Shown one piece after another: positions 50,381-59,830 of a stretch of 64,000 nucleotides of DNA (position 1 is its first letter; each line of letters begins with the position of its first letter). The notes beneath the pieces were generated by a model. That model was not told where the DNA came from and did no database searches. It saw nothing but the letters and a program-made list of their open reading frames with translations. The position numbers were made by a program, and so were the translations under genes. Origin of the DNA: a bacterium (GTDB taxonomy: Bacteria; UBA8248; JACPRG01; G963555815); assembly GCA_965218795.1 (NCBI GenBank), contig OZ244653.1, positions 3,616,001 to 3,680,000 on the forward strand. The letters are read 5' to 3'.

Positions 50381-51337
50381 TTAAAGCTGATACGTCGTCC
50401 CAACGCTGTTCTGGATAAACTGCTCTGGAAATTCTTCCTGGAACTTCCGCACGGCCTTCCAGCCGGTGCAGTGGGTGGGGATGATCCAGCGGGGATTGAG
50501 CTTCGTCAAAGCCTCGACCGTGGGGTCGATGATCGGTTCGAATATTCCTCCGGTCAGGTGAAATCCCCCCATGACCGCCAGCACATCTCGGACGCCCGTA
50601 ATTTCTCGGGCGTGATGGACCGTGTTGACGATCCCCGAGTGACCGCATCCACTGACGACTACGAGGCCCTTGTCCCGGACGTGGATGATCAGGGATTGGT
50701 CATCCCAGATCCAGGGGTCTGGTTCCAGTGCTCCCTCCCGTTCACAGTAGTGGATCGGAAAACCTCGCTCAAAGTCGGTCTTGCGTTCGATCTGTCCGGT
50801 CAGGGCCATGGTTCCGTCACCCAGCAATTTCGGCTCTTTCCCCGTCATGATCTGCGCGCCTGCATCGATCAGGCGTTCTTTCTGAAAAGGGGGCATGATG
50901 TGATGTTTCCCATCGGGCATGATGGCGCGTCGACTGAGATACGCATCCGGGTGGAAATGAACCGGAAGGTCTTTTTTCCCCGTTCGCTCGATCATCTCCG
51001 CCAACGCGGCCCGATGATCGACGTGGCCATGACTCAAGAAAACAGCCTCCACGGAGGATAGATCGGCTTCCAGGCGCTCCACATTGTGGAGGAGCCCTTT
51101 CACGCTCACCCCTCCATCCATGAGAACCGTGCGGGATGCGCCTCCCTCATGCGTTCGGATGAGGAGCGAGAGACCGTGCTCCGCCAGGAGCGGGGTTTTC
51201 ATGGTTCCCTGATCGTCCGACATGGGAGGACGCATGACGCATTCCTGATTGGGGAGCAGGGTATCGACGTAGTTGTCAATCAGAAACTGAATTTCGGCAT
51301 GATCGACGGGTTTCAGTTCGAGCTTCGAAGGGGACAT
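50381..51337 (-). CDS. MBL-fold metallo-hydrolase (7,8-dihydropterin-methyl-RFA-P synthase-like class)
   Basis: AEHGLS, LSHGHVDH, DDQSL, GCGHSGIVN, GGFHL, PTHCTG. Confidence 0.85.
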   Translation of the reverse strand: MSPSKLELKPVDHAEIQFLIDNYVDTLLPNQECVMRPPMSDDQGTMKTPLLAEHGLSLLIRTHEGGASRTVLMDGGVSVKGLLHNVERLEADLSSVEAVFLSHGHVDHRAALAEMIERTGKKDLPVHFHPDAYLSRRAIMPDGKHHIMPPFQKERLIDAGAQIMTGKEPKLLGDGTMALTGQIERKTDFERGFPIHYCEREGALEPDPWIWDDQSLIIHVRDKGLVVVSGCGHSGIVNTVHHAREITGVRDVLAVMGGFHLTGGIFEPIIDPTVEALTKLNPRWIIPTHCTGWKAVRKFQEEFPEQFIQNSVGTTYQL

Positions 51338-51500
51338 GTCTTTTCCTTCGCGGATGGAGAGCGGACCGATTGAGGAGACTGCCTCTCGCTGCGAATTCAG
51401 ATACGATTTGCCTTGGGATGGGTTGGATTTCTTGTTCTATCGTACGGCGATATGAATACCCGCATCCTCGATCAGGAATCGGTTCCGAGAGGAGAATCCC

Positions 51501-51902
51501 GTGAAAGAAATGTTAAACCCTGATTCGGTGGCAAGGCCCGTTGCCCCCTATTCCAATGTCGCCCTGACCGACGCCCGGGAGACTCTGTACATCGCAGGCC
51601 AGTTTCCGGTGGACAAGGACGGCTGCCTCATCAGGCCAGGCGATATCGAGGCTCAGGCCCAGGCCTGTTTTGACGCCATCGGCCGGATTTTGGGAGAGGT
51701 TGAGATGGCCTGGACGAACGTGGTCAAATTCAATGTGTTCATGACGCGCCGGGAGGATCGGGACGGATTTACCGCCCTGCGGCAAAGAATCTTTCCCCAA
51801 ATGTTCCCGGCCGGCGACTATCCCATCAGCACGCTGATCTTCATCAACGGCCTCTATCACGAGGATTACCTCATCGAGATCGACGCGACCGCGGTCAGGT
51901 GA
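51501..51902 (+). CDS. RidA/YjgF-family protein (copy 2)
   Basis: PYS, LYIAGQFP, YPISTL, LIEIDATA; aggag RBS. Confidence 0.88.
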   Translation: MKEMLNPDSVARPVAPYSNVALTDARETLYIAGQFPVDKDGCLIRPGDIEAQAQACFDAIGRILGEVEMAWTNVVKFNVFMTRREDRDGFTALRQRIFPQMFPAGDYPISTLIFINGLYHEDYLIEIDATAVR

Positions 51903-51979
51903 TTCGTCGAGAAGAAAGACGAAGACCGCCGGCTCCGGGGGCCGGCGGCCTCACTGGATGGCAACGCTCGTCTTCGGGG

Positions 51980-53029
51980 TCAGGGAGCCTTCGGCATCAG
52001 CTTGGGCAGGAACTCATTGGTGAAGAGATCGCCCGCCTTGACGGTGATGGACTCCTTGGACGTCTGCTTCACCACGTTGAGGGTCAGTTCCCACTTCTCC
52101 CCCGTCATGTGTCCGATTCCGAGCGTTTTCGACTCGGGCGTGAGCAGGTGCTCCACGGTCAGGGCCCAGATCGCTTCGACCGTCGGGCGCTTGGTCGTCG
52201 GCATGCCCTTCTGAAAGATGTCGAGGGCCTCCTTGGGATTCTCCACCGACCAGGCAAGTCCCCTCATGGACGCCTTCATGAACTTGTCGACCATGCCCCG
52301 CCGTTCCCGAATCGTTTTCTTCCGCGCCATGATCGCTACGGGATAGACGTCCACGCCGTATTCGCTGTAGGGGATCACAACGGGCTCCTTGCCGTGCTTC
52401 CCGACGGCCCCTTTCACGATGGGGTAAGAGATGGTGAACAGCGTGATGGCGTCGACCTTTCCGGTCGCCAGACTGGGGACCATCGCCTGCGGCGACATGG
52501 GAATATGCTTGATCTTCGAGATGTCTACGTTGTTCGCCATGGCCAGGGCCGGGAGGTTCACGAACACGGTTTCTCCCGGCGGCGCCCCCAAGGACTTCCC
52601 TTCCAGGTCCTTGGGCTTCATGATCCTGTTCCCCTTGAGGGAATAGATGGCGTACACCCCTTTCGCATGAATAACGCCGACGGCCTGAAGGTCTCCTCCC
52701 TGGCCGCGGAGCTTGATGAGGGACCGCGGGTCCGCGTGGCCCAGCTCAATGGCCCCTGCAGAGATGTCCTTGGCGACCGCCGAGCCGCCATACCCCCTGA
52801 CGAGTTTGATATTCAGGCCGGCCTTCTTGTACCAGCCTTTGTCCTGAGCGACGAGAAAGCCGGTATCGCGCGGCAGGAAAATCCAGCCGGTCGAGTACGT
52901 GGCGGATTCGGCCGAGAAAGCCGTCCCCTGCGCCCACGGGGCAAGAGTCAATATGGCTATGGCCAACAGGACGTTTCGTACCATTCGGAATCCGGTCACC
53001 GTTATCCTTCTCTTCCCATGCGGTTTCAT
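51980..53029 (-). CDS. NMT1/THI5-like ABC substrate-binding protein (no cognate permease or ATPase adjacent)
   Basis: Signal peptide; W..P...F.VA.DKGWYKKAGL, PKDLEGK, GKVDA, DLFTNEF. Confidence 0.82.
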   Translation of the reverse strand: MKPHGKRRITVTGFRMVRNVLLAIAILTLAPWAQGTAFSAESATYSTGWIFLPRDTGFLVAQDKGWYKKAGLNIKLVRGYGGSAVAKDISAGAIELGHADPRSLIKLRGQGGDLQAVGVIHAKGVYAIYSLKGNRIMKPKDLEGKSLGAPPGETVFVNLPALAMANNVDISKIKHIPMSPQAMVPSLATGKVDAITLFTISYPIVKGAVGKHGKEPVVIPYSEYGVDVYPVAIMARKKTIRERRGMVDKFMKASMRGLAWSVENPKEALDIFQKGMPTTKRPTVEAIWALTVEHLLTPESKTLGIGHMTGEKWELTLNVVKQTSKESITVKAGDLFTNEFLPKLMPKAP

Positions 53030-53170
53030 TTCGTCGAAGATTACGCATCTCCCTTCGGGGTGAAAAAATCAACAAGGCCCTGGAATGACGTTCTCGTCAT
53101 TCGGATTTTGCCGGCCGCCGGGCTGCTGCCCGGCTCGCCATCCGGGGTGGGAAGCCGTTGCCCGCCCGGA

Positions 53171-53788
53171 TCATGCCGGTCGGACCATCTCGAAAATCTC
53201 CTGGCACCGTGTGTAGTAGTTCTTCGAGAGCCGGGCGATCGGCCGGAGGTTGTGAATGTCGATGGTTCCGTCCCTGTAAAGGTCGTCCCGGACGTGGAAC
53301 ATGACCACGCGGCCGATGATGAGGTTGTGACTGCCCAAATCGACCGCCTGATGAACCTCGCACTCCAGGGATCCCGGAGATTCGGCCACGCGGGGCGGTT
53401 TTACGATTTTGCTGGGCGCCGTCGTCAGGCCGGCCTGCTCCAACTCGTCGACCTCGGGCTCATACGTGCCGGCGCAGATGTTGATCGCATCGCCGATGTC
53501 CTCTGTCACGATGTTCACGACGAACTCACCCGTCTCCTCCACGTTCCGCAGCGTGTCCTTCTTGACCTTTCCGCCCGAGTATCCTGGTTTCTCCGCCCCC
53601 TGGTATGTGGGTGAGAACATGACCAACGGCGGATCATTGCCGATGGCGTTGAAGTAGGCGAAGGGGGCCGCGTTCAAAGCACCGTCCACGCTGAGCGTCG
53701 TCACGAATGCGATCGGACGGGGAACCACCAGCCCGCTCAGCAACTGGTAATTCTGCCGTCCCGTATGTCCAATGGGGTCGATTTCCAC
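53171..53788 (-). CDS. Flavin reductase-like FMN-binding protein
   Basis: YQLL..VVPRPIAFVTT..NAAPF.YFN, KDTLRN..ETGEFVVN, PPRVAESP..LEC. Confidence 0.88.
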   Translation of the reverse strand: MEIDPIGHTGRQNYQLLSGLVVPRPIAFVTTLSVDGALNAAPFAYFNAIGNDPPLVMFSPTYQGAEKPGYSGGKVKKDTLRNVEETGEFVVNIVTEDIGDAINICAGTYEPEVDELEQAGLTTAPSKIVKPPRVAESPGSLECEVHQAVDLGSHNLIIGRVVMFHVRDDLYRDGTIDIHNLRPIARLSKNYYTRCQEIFEMVRPA

Positions 53789-54130
53789 GTTGAATCCTCG
53801 TTCTCAGAAAGGACTCCGCGCCATCTTCAAGACCTCGGAGCCGTACGGTTGGGGTTTCGGAAAAACCCTCTTGGCCTTGATCGACGCACATTCATCCATT
53901 GCGCGTCCCGGATGGTGAATGCGAACGGTCCAATGGTTTATTGCAATCGAGGCTAGCAAAGGGGGTCGAATCGTGTCAACGAAAACCGTCAATCCGCGGG
54001 ATGGTTCCCGGGAGCAGGTCCGGTTCGAAAATCGCAGGCGTTCGGACCGAGTTTCGGTTGACACCACCGATGGTCTTGCTCACACTGAACAAAGGAAGAA
54101 TTCACTTCATCACTCACGATCGAGAGAACG

Positions 54131-54388
54131 ATGGAATTGGACCCCCGGGTTCCCGGTAAAGAAAGCAAGGCAGCGGCCGAGAAACTGAGTCGAATTCTGA
54201 ACGATGATGTTCCTGGTGTGGCGACGGACATTCGATACCACTTCGCGAAGTCCGGCTTTCAATTGACGGCGCGTCCGTCAAGCGAGAGAGCGGATTCGCT
54301 GTTCCTGTCGTTTGCTCAAATCCAAGAGCTCAACGACAACGAGATCGGAAACCTGATCCGCTCGGCCTTCCAGGGCGGAGACGTCTAA
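54131..54388 (+). CDS. Small hypothetical protein
   Basis: 85-aa ATG ORF with gagag upstream; no motif recognised. Confidence 0.45.
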   Translation: MELDPRVPGKESKAAAEKLSRILNDDVPGVATDIRYHFAKSGFQLTARPSSERADSLFLSFAQIQELNDNEIGNLIRSAFQGGDV

Positions 54389-54519
54389 AGGTCGCTGCGG
54401 TCCCCTTCCGGCATCTATTGGGAAAATTTTCACCCCAGCGCAGCCTAGATGCCAGTGGAAGAGGTGCATAGGTGTATTTGTATTGAGTACGGTAATCACC
54501 TGACAGTCTGACCGTCGTC

Positions 54520-54662
54520 GCGCGACCTTCGCCTTAAAGGCCGATGAATGGTGACGGCGCTTTCTTCGGGTCATCTTCCCCTCCTTCTCCTCGGAGAACT
54601 GTACGGCAGAAGATACCACTTATCAGGCCCCCTTCTCTGTCCAACTACTAAGGTCCAGCTCT
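54520..54662 (-). mobile_element. IS3-family left end plus first codons of orfA
   Basis: aaggagg RBS, MTRRKRRHHSSAFKAKVA (ATG 54574); IR-like agagctggacc..ttggacag..gataagtgg. Confidence 0.75.
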
Positions 54663-54684
54663 GCCCACCTCACAATTCCTTTTT

Positions 54685-55315
54685 TTAGACATCCGAACCG
54701 GCTACCTGTTCTTTTGTTAATTCTCCATATTTTTTGGAGAAAGACGATGTTATAAAGTTTTCGTCATAGTTCCAAATGCTACCATCCGCTAATCGTGCCT
54801 GCCGAACATATATTCCGATCACTCCATATTTCTTGAACTTAAATAGATAGGCTGGACTGTAATCCCATTGCATGCCGTTGGTTGGTGGATCCATAGTGAT
54901 CGCCGTAAGGCCACCGAGATACTCTTTGAATGCGTCATAGACGATCGCCGTACACCTTTGAAATTTACACCAAAATTTACTGCAACTACGTTCTTGCCAC
55001 TTGCATCTATAGTGATCGTTAGCGTCTCCCTCGCTAACCGTTTAAGTCTGTCTTTTTCACGGTCTCCAAGATATCGAAACAGACTGTTTCGGTATGCATC
55101 AGCGAGTGCAGCAGTTTCCCTTGGAATGTGGCGTCCTGTTACATTTACAATACGAACGGGTGCATCCTTTTCGTTAATGTAAAATGCCTCGTTATGGTAA
55201 ACGGTGCCCTTTATATCCTTGTAGATAGTAACATCCTCGATCTTCGCTTCTGCGCCTGTGCGACAGAAGAAATCAAGACTGCCAGCGTAGCAGAAACGAA
55301 ACCAAACACGCTCAT
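54685..55315 (-). pseudogene. Secreted-protein gene broken by two apparent frameshifts
   Basis: Signal peptide MSVFGFVSATLAVLISSVAQA, then a start-less open frame (EAKIEDV..VVAVNFGV), then a third frame (IVYDAFKEYLGG..GSDV*). Confidence 0.6.
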
Positions 55316-55325
55316 AGCGCCAATC

Positions 55326-55664
55326 CTATTTCGTGAAATTTTCGTTGGCCGTCCAAACAACGACAGGCGCGCCTCCATCTGGTGGATGTACGTAAATCTG
55401 TGACTTTCCCCACATACTATAATCTTTAAGTGTGACCCTAAGTCCGCTCCTCAGGCGAATACATACTCCGCTCTTGTAGAGGCTGATCATCCATGATGCG
55501 TCCCTCGTCTTATGAGCATGAATCGCAGCATCCATATATTCGTCATAAGCCTTCTCGGTGAAACAAGCAGCCCCACCGGCCCTATTGGTTGTGTAGTAGT
55601 CTTGCGCCGTAGCACTGCAGAGCATATTTAGTGAGACGAGGGCACAGGCTACGATGATGCGCAT
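55326..55664 (-). CDS. Small secreted hypothetical protein
   Basis: Signal-peptide-like MRIIVACALVSLNMLCSATAQ; two Cys in the mature part; co-oriented with neighbours. Confidence 0.65.
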   Translation of the reverse strand: MRIIVACALVSLNMLCSATAQDYYTTNRAGGAACFTEKAYDEYMDAAIHAHKTRDASWMISLYKSGVCIRLRSGLRVTLKDYSMWGKSQIYVHPPDGGAPVVVWTANENFTK

Positions 55665-55671
55665 GAAGAAC

Positions 55672-55865
55672 CTACCCCCCCGTCTTTTCTTCTCGATGTA
55701 CTAGCACGTTCCCAAGAGTGTCGAGCGCACCTTCAACCCGTGCCATTCGCTCTCGCAGCGAAGCGACGTCTCTGCGCAACTCACGAAGACCGGGCGCGAT
55801 TGCCGTCCAAAGCCAATGCCCGTGCCGACAATGATACAGATAATAGCTATAGTATCTGCGTCCAT
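55672..55865 (-). pseudogene. Small TM + coiled-coil protein with a 1-nt frameshift
   Basis: aaggag RBS; MDADTIAIICIIVGTGIG / WTAIAPGLRELRRDVASLRERMARVEGALDTLGNVL..GG*. Confidence 0.55.
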
Positions 55866-55958
55866 CGAACTCTCTCCTTTAGGTGGACTAAATAATAGAC
55901 TAGGGGACGCCCTGTCGTCAACCTGCCCTCACGCTTGCTACGATGGCTGCAAACCCCA

Positions 55959-56060
55959 TCCTGATTATGCACGAAGCTCAGGTTGGGGGCACGGGATTCC
56001 CGGGATCGCCGCCTTCCAGGAAACCGGCGGCCACAACCTGAGCTTCGTGCGTAATCAGGA
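55959..56060. mobile_element. 102-bp MITE with 27-bp terminal inverted repeats and 6-bp target duplication
   Basis: tcctgattatgcacgaagctcaggttg / caacctgagcttcgtgcgtaatcagga (1 mismatch); acccca at 55953-55958 and 56061-56066. Confidence 0.85.
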
Positions 56061-56207
56061 ACCCCAATTTCGTCAATCGAGACTGGACAATCTAAGCTGG
56101 ATGGCTATCGCGACCCGCTCAGCTGCCTTTTCGCTCTATGATCACAACCGAAAACCCTCAACCCACTTGGCCCTAAACCAGGGGGAAGGTCACGCAGAAA
56201 CGTTATG

Positions 56208-57122
56208 TTACCCGCAATCTGTCATCTCTAAGATTTCATCCAGAGAATATCCACAATCCAATAGTTCGTTTGCCATCTTTCCCTTTTTTATGTCACCTAA
56301 AGATACTCTCTCTAGGGAAAAATCCAAGTCATACATCGGCACTTGCCAAAATCGCAACAGTGTCTGTACATGACGGTCTGTTGCATTGTCTCTCACTAGA
56401 CCTTCCTCAAACAATTTTCTTACATTCTCTCGCAAAAGAACGTCCCATCGGGGATACTCTTGTGCGTTAGACTGGCTAATCTTTGTAAAGAAATATTTCC
56501 CCCAAATATTTGATGTGATCGACACCCCTCTGGGCGTGAAAAAGCCAAGACAACACATAGCATCTACAACTTCAAGAGCGGGCATAAAGCTTTCTAGAGA
56601 ATCGATATTCAACGGCGCATGCCAGTAGGCTATTCCATCATCGGTAGATGCAACGTCTGCGTACAGGTTAGCTTCTCGCTCCCATAGCTCCCACTGTGGG
56701 ACAATGGGAGCTCCCGGACCGTCAATCCGAAGTGATTTTCGCATAAAGTCAGCATATTCCCTCTGCAATTCAACGACATCATACCCGGTCACCGAAGCCG
56801 CTTCCGCATAGATCAAACGCACATGGTGGTTGTAGAACCACTTGCACATCTTCGGAAGACATTCATTGAGAAGGGAATCAGGACAACGCACAACGTCCAT
56901 AAGGATAAGTATTTTTGCTGCCTCTTCCTTAGAAAATCCGTTCAAAACACATGCCTCGCGTGGACTGTCTCTTATCTGGAGCGCTGCGTTTCTATAGTTT
57001 CTTGCGCTGGACAGGATGATTGGAAATCCCTCAGCAAGGAAGGATAACTGCTTCTTTCGGGACATTTGGCACAATGATTTCAATTTTCTGAATCCTGTTG
57101 AAGTCATTGAACTCTCTTTCAC
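56208..57122 (-). CDS. AbiV-like (HEPN) abortive infection protein
   Basis: A....N...A......R...L.....EEAAKILILMDVVRCP..FYNH..RLIY..RE..LYAD pattern; low GC; next to an R-M remnant. Confidence 0.6.
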   Translation of the reverse strand: MKESSMTSTGFRKLKSLCQMSRKKQLSFLAEGFPIILSSARNYRNAALQIRDSPREACVLNGFSKEEAAKILILMDVVRCPDSLLNECLPKMCKWFYNHHVRLIYAEAASVTGYDVVELQREYADFMRKSLRIDGPGAPIVPQWELWEREANLYADVASTDDGIAYWHAPLNIDSLESFMPALEVVDAMCCLGFFTPRGVSITSNIWGKYFFTKISQSNAQEYPRWDVLLRENVRKLFEEGLVRDNATDRHVQTLLRFWQVPMYDLDFSLERVSLGDIKKGKMANELLDCGYSLDEILEMTDCG

Positions 57123-57337
57123 TTATCCTGGTGCCTTCGGGTCGCTTTCATTCTAACCCCCAGAGGGCCGCGTAAATTCTCATAGAGCGTGAACAGGTAC
57201 TCGATACGTTCTCGCTCGCTGACGAATTCAGCACGTCGATAAAGGCGGTCCACGGCGCGGTCGAGAGCTTGGTGCGCACGGCGCAGGTTCGGCGGCATGA
57301 GGTCGAGGTCGTAGAGGCCGGCCAGCGTCGCATCCGG
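57119..57337 (-). pseudogene. C-terminal remnant of an MmeI-like type IIL restriction-modification enzyme
   Basis: PDATLAGLYDLDLMPPNLRRAHQALDRAVDRLYR..F.SERERIEYLFTLYE matches the MmeI-family tail. Confidence 0.8.
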
Positions 57338-57466
57338 GCGTACGGCCCGAGCGAACCAGCTCAACCATCTGGCGCCGGTATTCCGGCGCGTAGGGTGAAT
57401 GAGTTTTCGCCATCTGAACACCTCCTGCGCACAGTCTGAAGGTGTCCACTAAAACGGTCAACTCGA
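57338..57466 (-). mobile_element. IS3-family left end plus start of orfA
   Basis: gagttgaccgttttagtggacacc IR-like end, ggagg RBS, MAKTHSPYAPEYRRQMVELVRSGRTP (ATG 57413). Confidence 0.75.
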
Positions 57467-57637
57467 CACGCAACGGGGCGGGAGACGTTTCCCCACATGC
57501 GCGGCGGACGCTGCCGCTCAAGCGCCGCTCGGGCTAACGGCCGGATACACAACGGCTTGTATCGCCCGAGGGCTTGAGCGGAACGGAAGCACGATGCAGA
57601 CGCCAGTCGGCGTTTCACTCTCACCCCACGCAGCCCG

Positions 57638-58927
57638 CTAGCGATTTGGTCCGGAACCGCCGCCGGAGGCCAGAGGGAAGGATCGGGATTTTGTGAACCA
57701 AAACCGTTTTTGGAAGATCCCAAGGGGGAGCGCCAAATCCGTCTGGGTGGGACCGACGATTGAACCCTGCTGTATCTGATCCAATAGTTTCTGAACGTTT
57801 GGAAGGATGTCCCTTCGGTACCGGAAGGCCTCTTTGGCGAAGAGCACATAGGTTGAAACCCATTGCGATGTCGTAGATAGCCTTCCCGGTATCCCATATC
57901 GCCGGCCTTCCTCAATTCGCTTGCTGAGATCAGCGCCGCGTGCAGGGAACAGAACCTGGGCCTGGCCTTCGCTGTTGATGCGCAAGAGCAGGACGTATAT
58001 CGACTGCGTGGGGAGAAAGCTGATCAGATAGGATGCGGAGGCGTTGACGCTTGCCCCGTCCAGACCCTTGCGGCGGTGTCCATCGGCCTCTATCACCTCG
58101 TACCAGACGCTCAACGGGCTCCAGGTCCAATCCCTCGGCACAACGGGGAGGATATTTCGCTTCCGGGACGGGATGCGGCCGCTCACCTCTGTGTGCTGGA
58201 GAGAACCCAGAGGCAGCGTCACCCGGGCCCTGGCAACGGACAAGGTTCCCGTTGCCAGGGCCGGCGCCATCCGGAGGAGCTGGGCGCTGATGACCACGCG
58301 GTTTCCGAGGACTTGATAGCGGCCTCCTACAAGGGTATCCACTCCGCCGAGGGCGGCAGCGCGAATGCTGAAGTCGGGGCTGAGGGGTCTCATCCCAATC
58401 CGGTCTGGAACCCCCCTCATCGCCAAATCCTCTTCCCAAGCAACCATGAGATTTCTCGGGAATACCGGGCGGCCGCTGATTTTTCCGAGACTTTTCACCA
58501 GCCCGTTCTCCAATCGCTGAGAGAGCAAAGTTCTGTAGCCACTGGTGTCCAGCACACTGCCGACGGCGATTCGGCTCACCGGGACGATCAGGCTTCGGTA
58601 CCGCCCCAGTTTGAATTTTCCCCCTTCACTCCATAGGGTCTGCACAAGCTTGGCTGCCGCCGTTTCCGCGTCCTTCGCTATTCCGGGAATTTCAATCCAT
58701 TTTTCCTCATCCGGCGTTGGCTTGATGGCACAGGCGCATATGGTGAGACACAACGTCATCCAGCAGGAGGCCCTTCGTAATCTTCGGCTTCCGGTTGTCA
58801 AGGACCTCTCGGGCCGGAAAAATCGGCGGAACGAAGAAATGGAAAGTCGTTTTCTACCTTGTTTCAGCATTTTTCCCGTCCGGAACTCTTGGCGAAAATC
58901 CGCCGACTCCGCATGGGCGCTCGACAA
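57638..58927 (-). CDS. Putative lipoprotein, FlgO/CsgG-like domain plus DUF4384-like domain (start uncertain)
   Basis: Lipobox-like LTICAC; GGVDTLVGGRYQVLGNRVVISAQL; YVLLLRINSEGQAQVLFP. Confidence 0.55.
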   Translation of the reverse strand: MSSAHAESADFRQEFRTGKMLKQGRKRLSISSFRRFFRPERSLTTGSRRLRRASCWMTLCLTICACAIKPTPDEEKWIEIPGIAKDAETAAAKLVQTLWSEGGKFKLGRYRSLIVPVSRIAVGSVLDTSGYRTLLSQRLENGLVKSLGKISGRPVFPRNLMVAWEEDLAMRGVPDRIGMRPLSPDFSIRAAALGGVDTLVGGRYQVLGNRVVISAQLLRMAPALATGTLSVARARVTLPLGSLQHTEVSGRIPSRKRNILPVVPRDWTWSPLSVWYEVIEADGHRRKGLDGASVNASASYLISFLPTQSIYVLLLRINSEGQAQVLFPARGADLSKRIEEGRRYGIPGRLSTTSQWVSTYVLFAKEAFRYRRDILPNVQKLLDQIQQGSIVGPTQTDLALPLGIFQKRFWFTKSRSFPLASGGGSGPNR

Positions 58928-59139
58928 GGCCTTCTGCGCTCATCCCTTGCCGGGCGATGGTCGACGGGCTGGCGATTGAGTATTTTCGTTGCCATCTTGA
59001 ATATCCGTTGATTTTCAATGGGCGCAGGCCTCTTCATTGAACTTGACTGAACGGGACAAATTCATTAAAGTCCAATCTGGTTCCGTTGAGAAATCCTCAC
59101 TCCATTCTTGTGTTTTAATCAGACGGAACGCCATAGAGG

Positions 59140-59769
59140 ATGATCCAAGCCATCAACACGGATGCCGTCGTAAAGATATATTCCAGATATTCTTCCTTTT
59201 ACGACCTTTTGTTCAAGAACATTTTCTCCGAAGGCCGGGAAGTCGCCATCAAGCTTCTCGACATTCGTCCAGGAGAACGGGTCTTGGATGTGGGCGCGGG
59301 GACCGGTCTCTCTCTGCCTATTTTCCCCAACTGGTGCCAGGTTGTCGCGATGGACATCTCCGAGAAAATGTTGGCCCAGGCCGCCAAAAAAGTGGAAAAG
59401 TTCGGGCTCGAGAATGTCTCGTTGATGACCCAAGACGCCTGTCACACCAGCTTTCAGGATGACGCCTTCGATTGCGTATCCGCGGCGTATGTCGCCAGTG
59501 TCGTTCCTGACGCCAATGGATTGGTTGGGGAGATGAAGCGGGTCTGCCGGCCGGGGGGCCGCATCGTCTTCCTCAACCATTTCAAGAGCCAAAATCCAAT
59601 ATTGGCCCGGTTGGAAGAACTTTCCAACGGACTGTGGAACAAGATGGGCTGGAACTCCAACCTCGATCTCTGGAAATTGATCGAGGAGAACGACCTGAGG
59701 GTCGAACGCGTAGAGCACGTCAACATCTTTGGCTATTGGAAAGGTGTGCTCTGCATCAATGACAAATAA
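59140..59769 (+). CDS. Class I SAM methyltransferase, phosphatidylethanolamine N-methyltransferase (PmtA)-like
   Basis: YSRYSSFYDLLF, VLDVGAGTGLSL, YVASVVPD, RVCRPGGRIVFLNHF. Confidence 0.78.
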   Translation: MIQAINTDAVVKIYSRYSSFYDLLFKNIFSEGREVAIKLLDIRPGERVLDVGAGTGLSLPIFPNWCQVVAMDISEKMLAQAAKKVEKFGLENVSLMTQDACHTSFQDDAFDCVSAAYVASVVPDANGLVGEMKRVCRPGGRIVFLNHFKSQNPILARLEELSNGLWNKMGWNSNLDLWKLIEENDLRVERVEHVNIFGYWKGVLCINDK

Positions 59770-59830
59770 TCCCCTTCCTGTATTTCCCGAGTCCTTTCCG
59801 GGTTGCCCTGCTGCCGACTGAATCCGGGCC

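Noticed and set aside
55816-56373. 185-aa + strand ORF in the islet
   Set aside because: It reads through a MITE and overlaps two minus-strand genes; no protein-like features
54380-57640. tRNA or integron attC sites at the islet
   Set aside because: No cloverleaf or TPsiC arm, no RYYYAAC..GTTRRRY pair and no integrase gene seen
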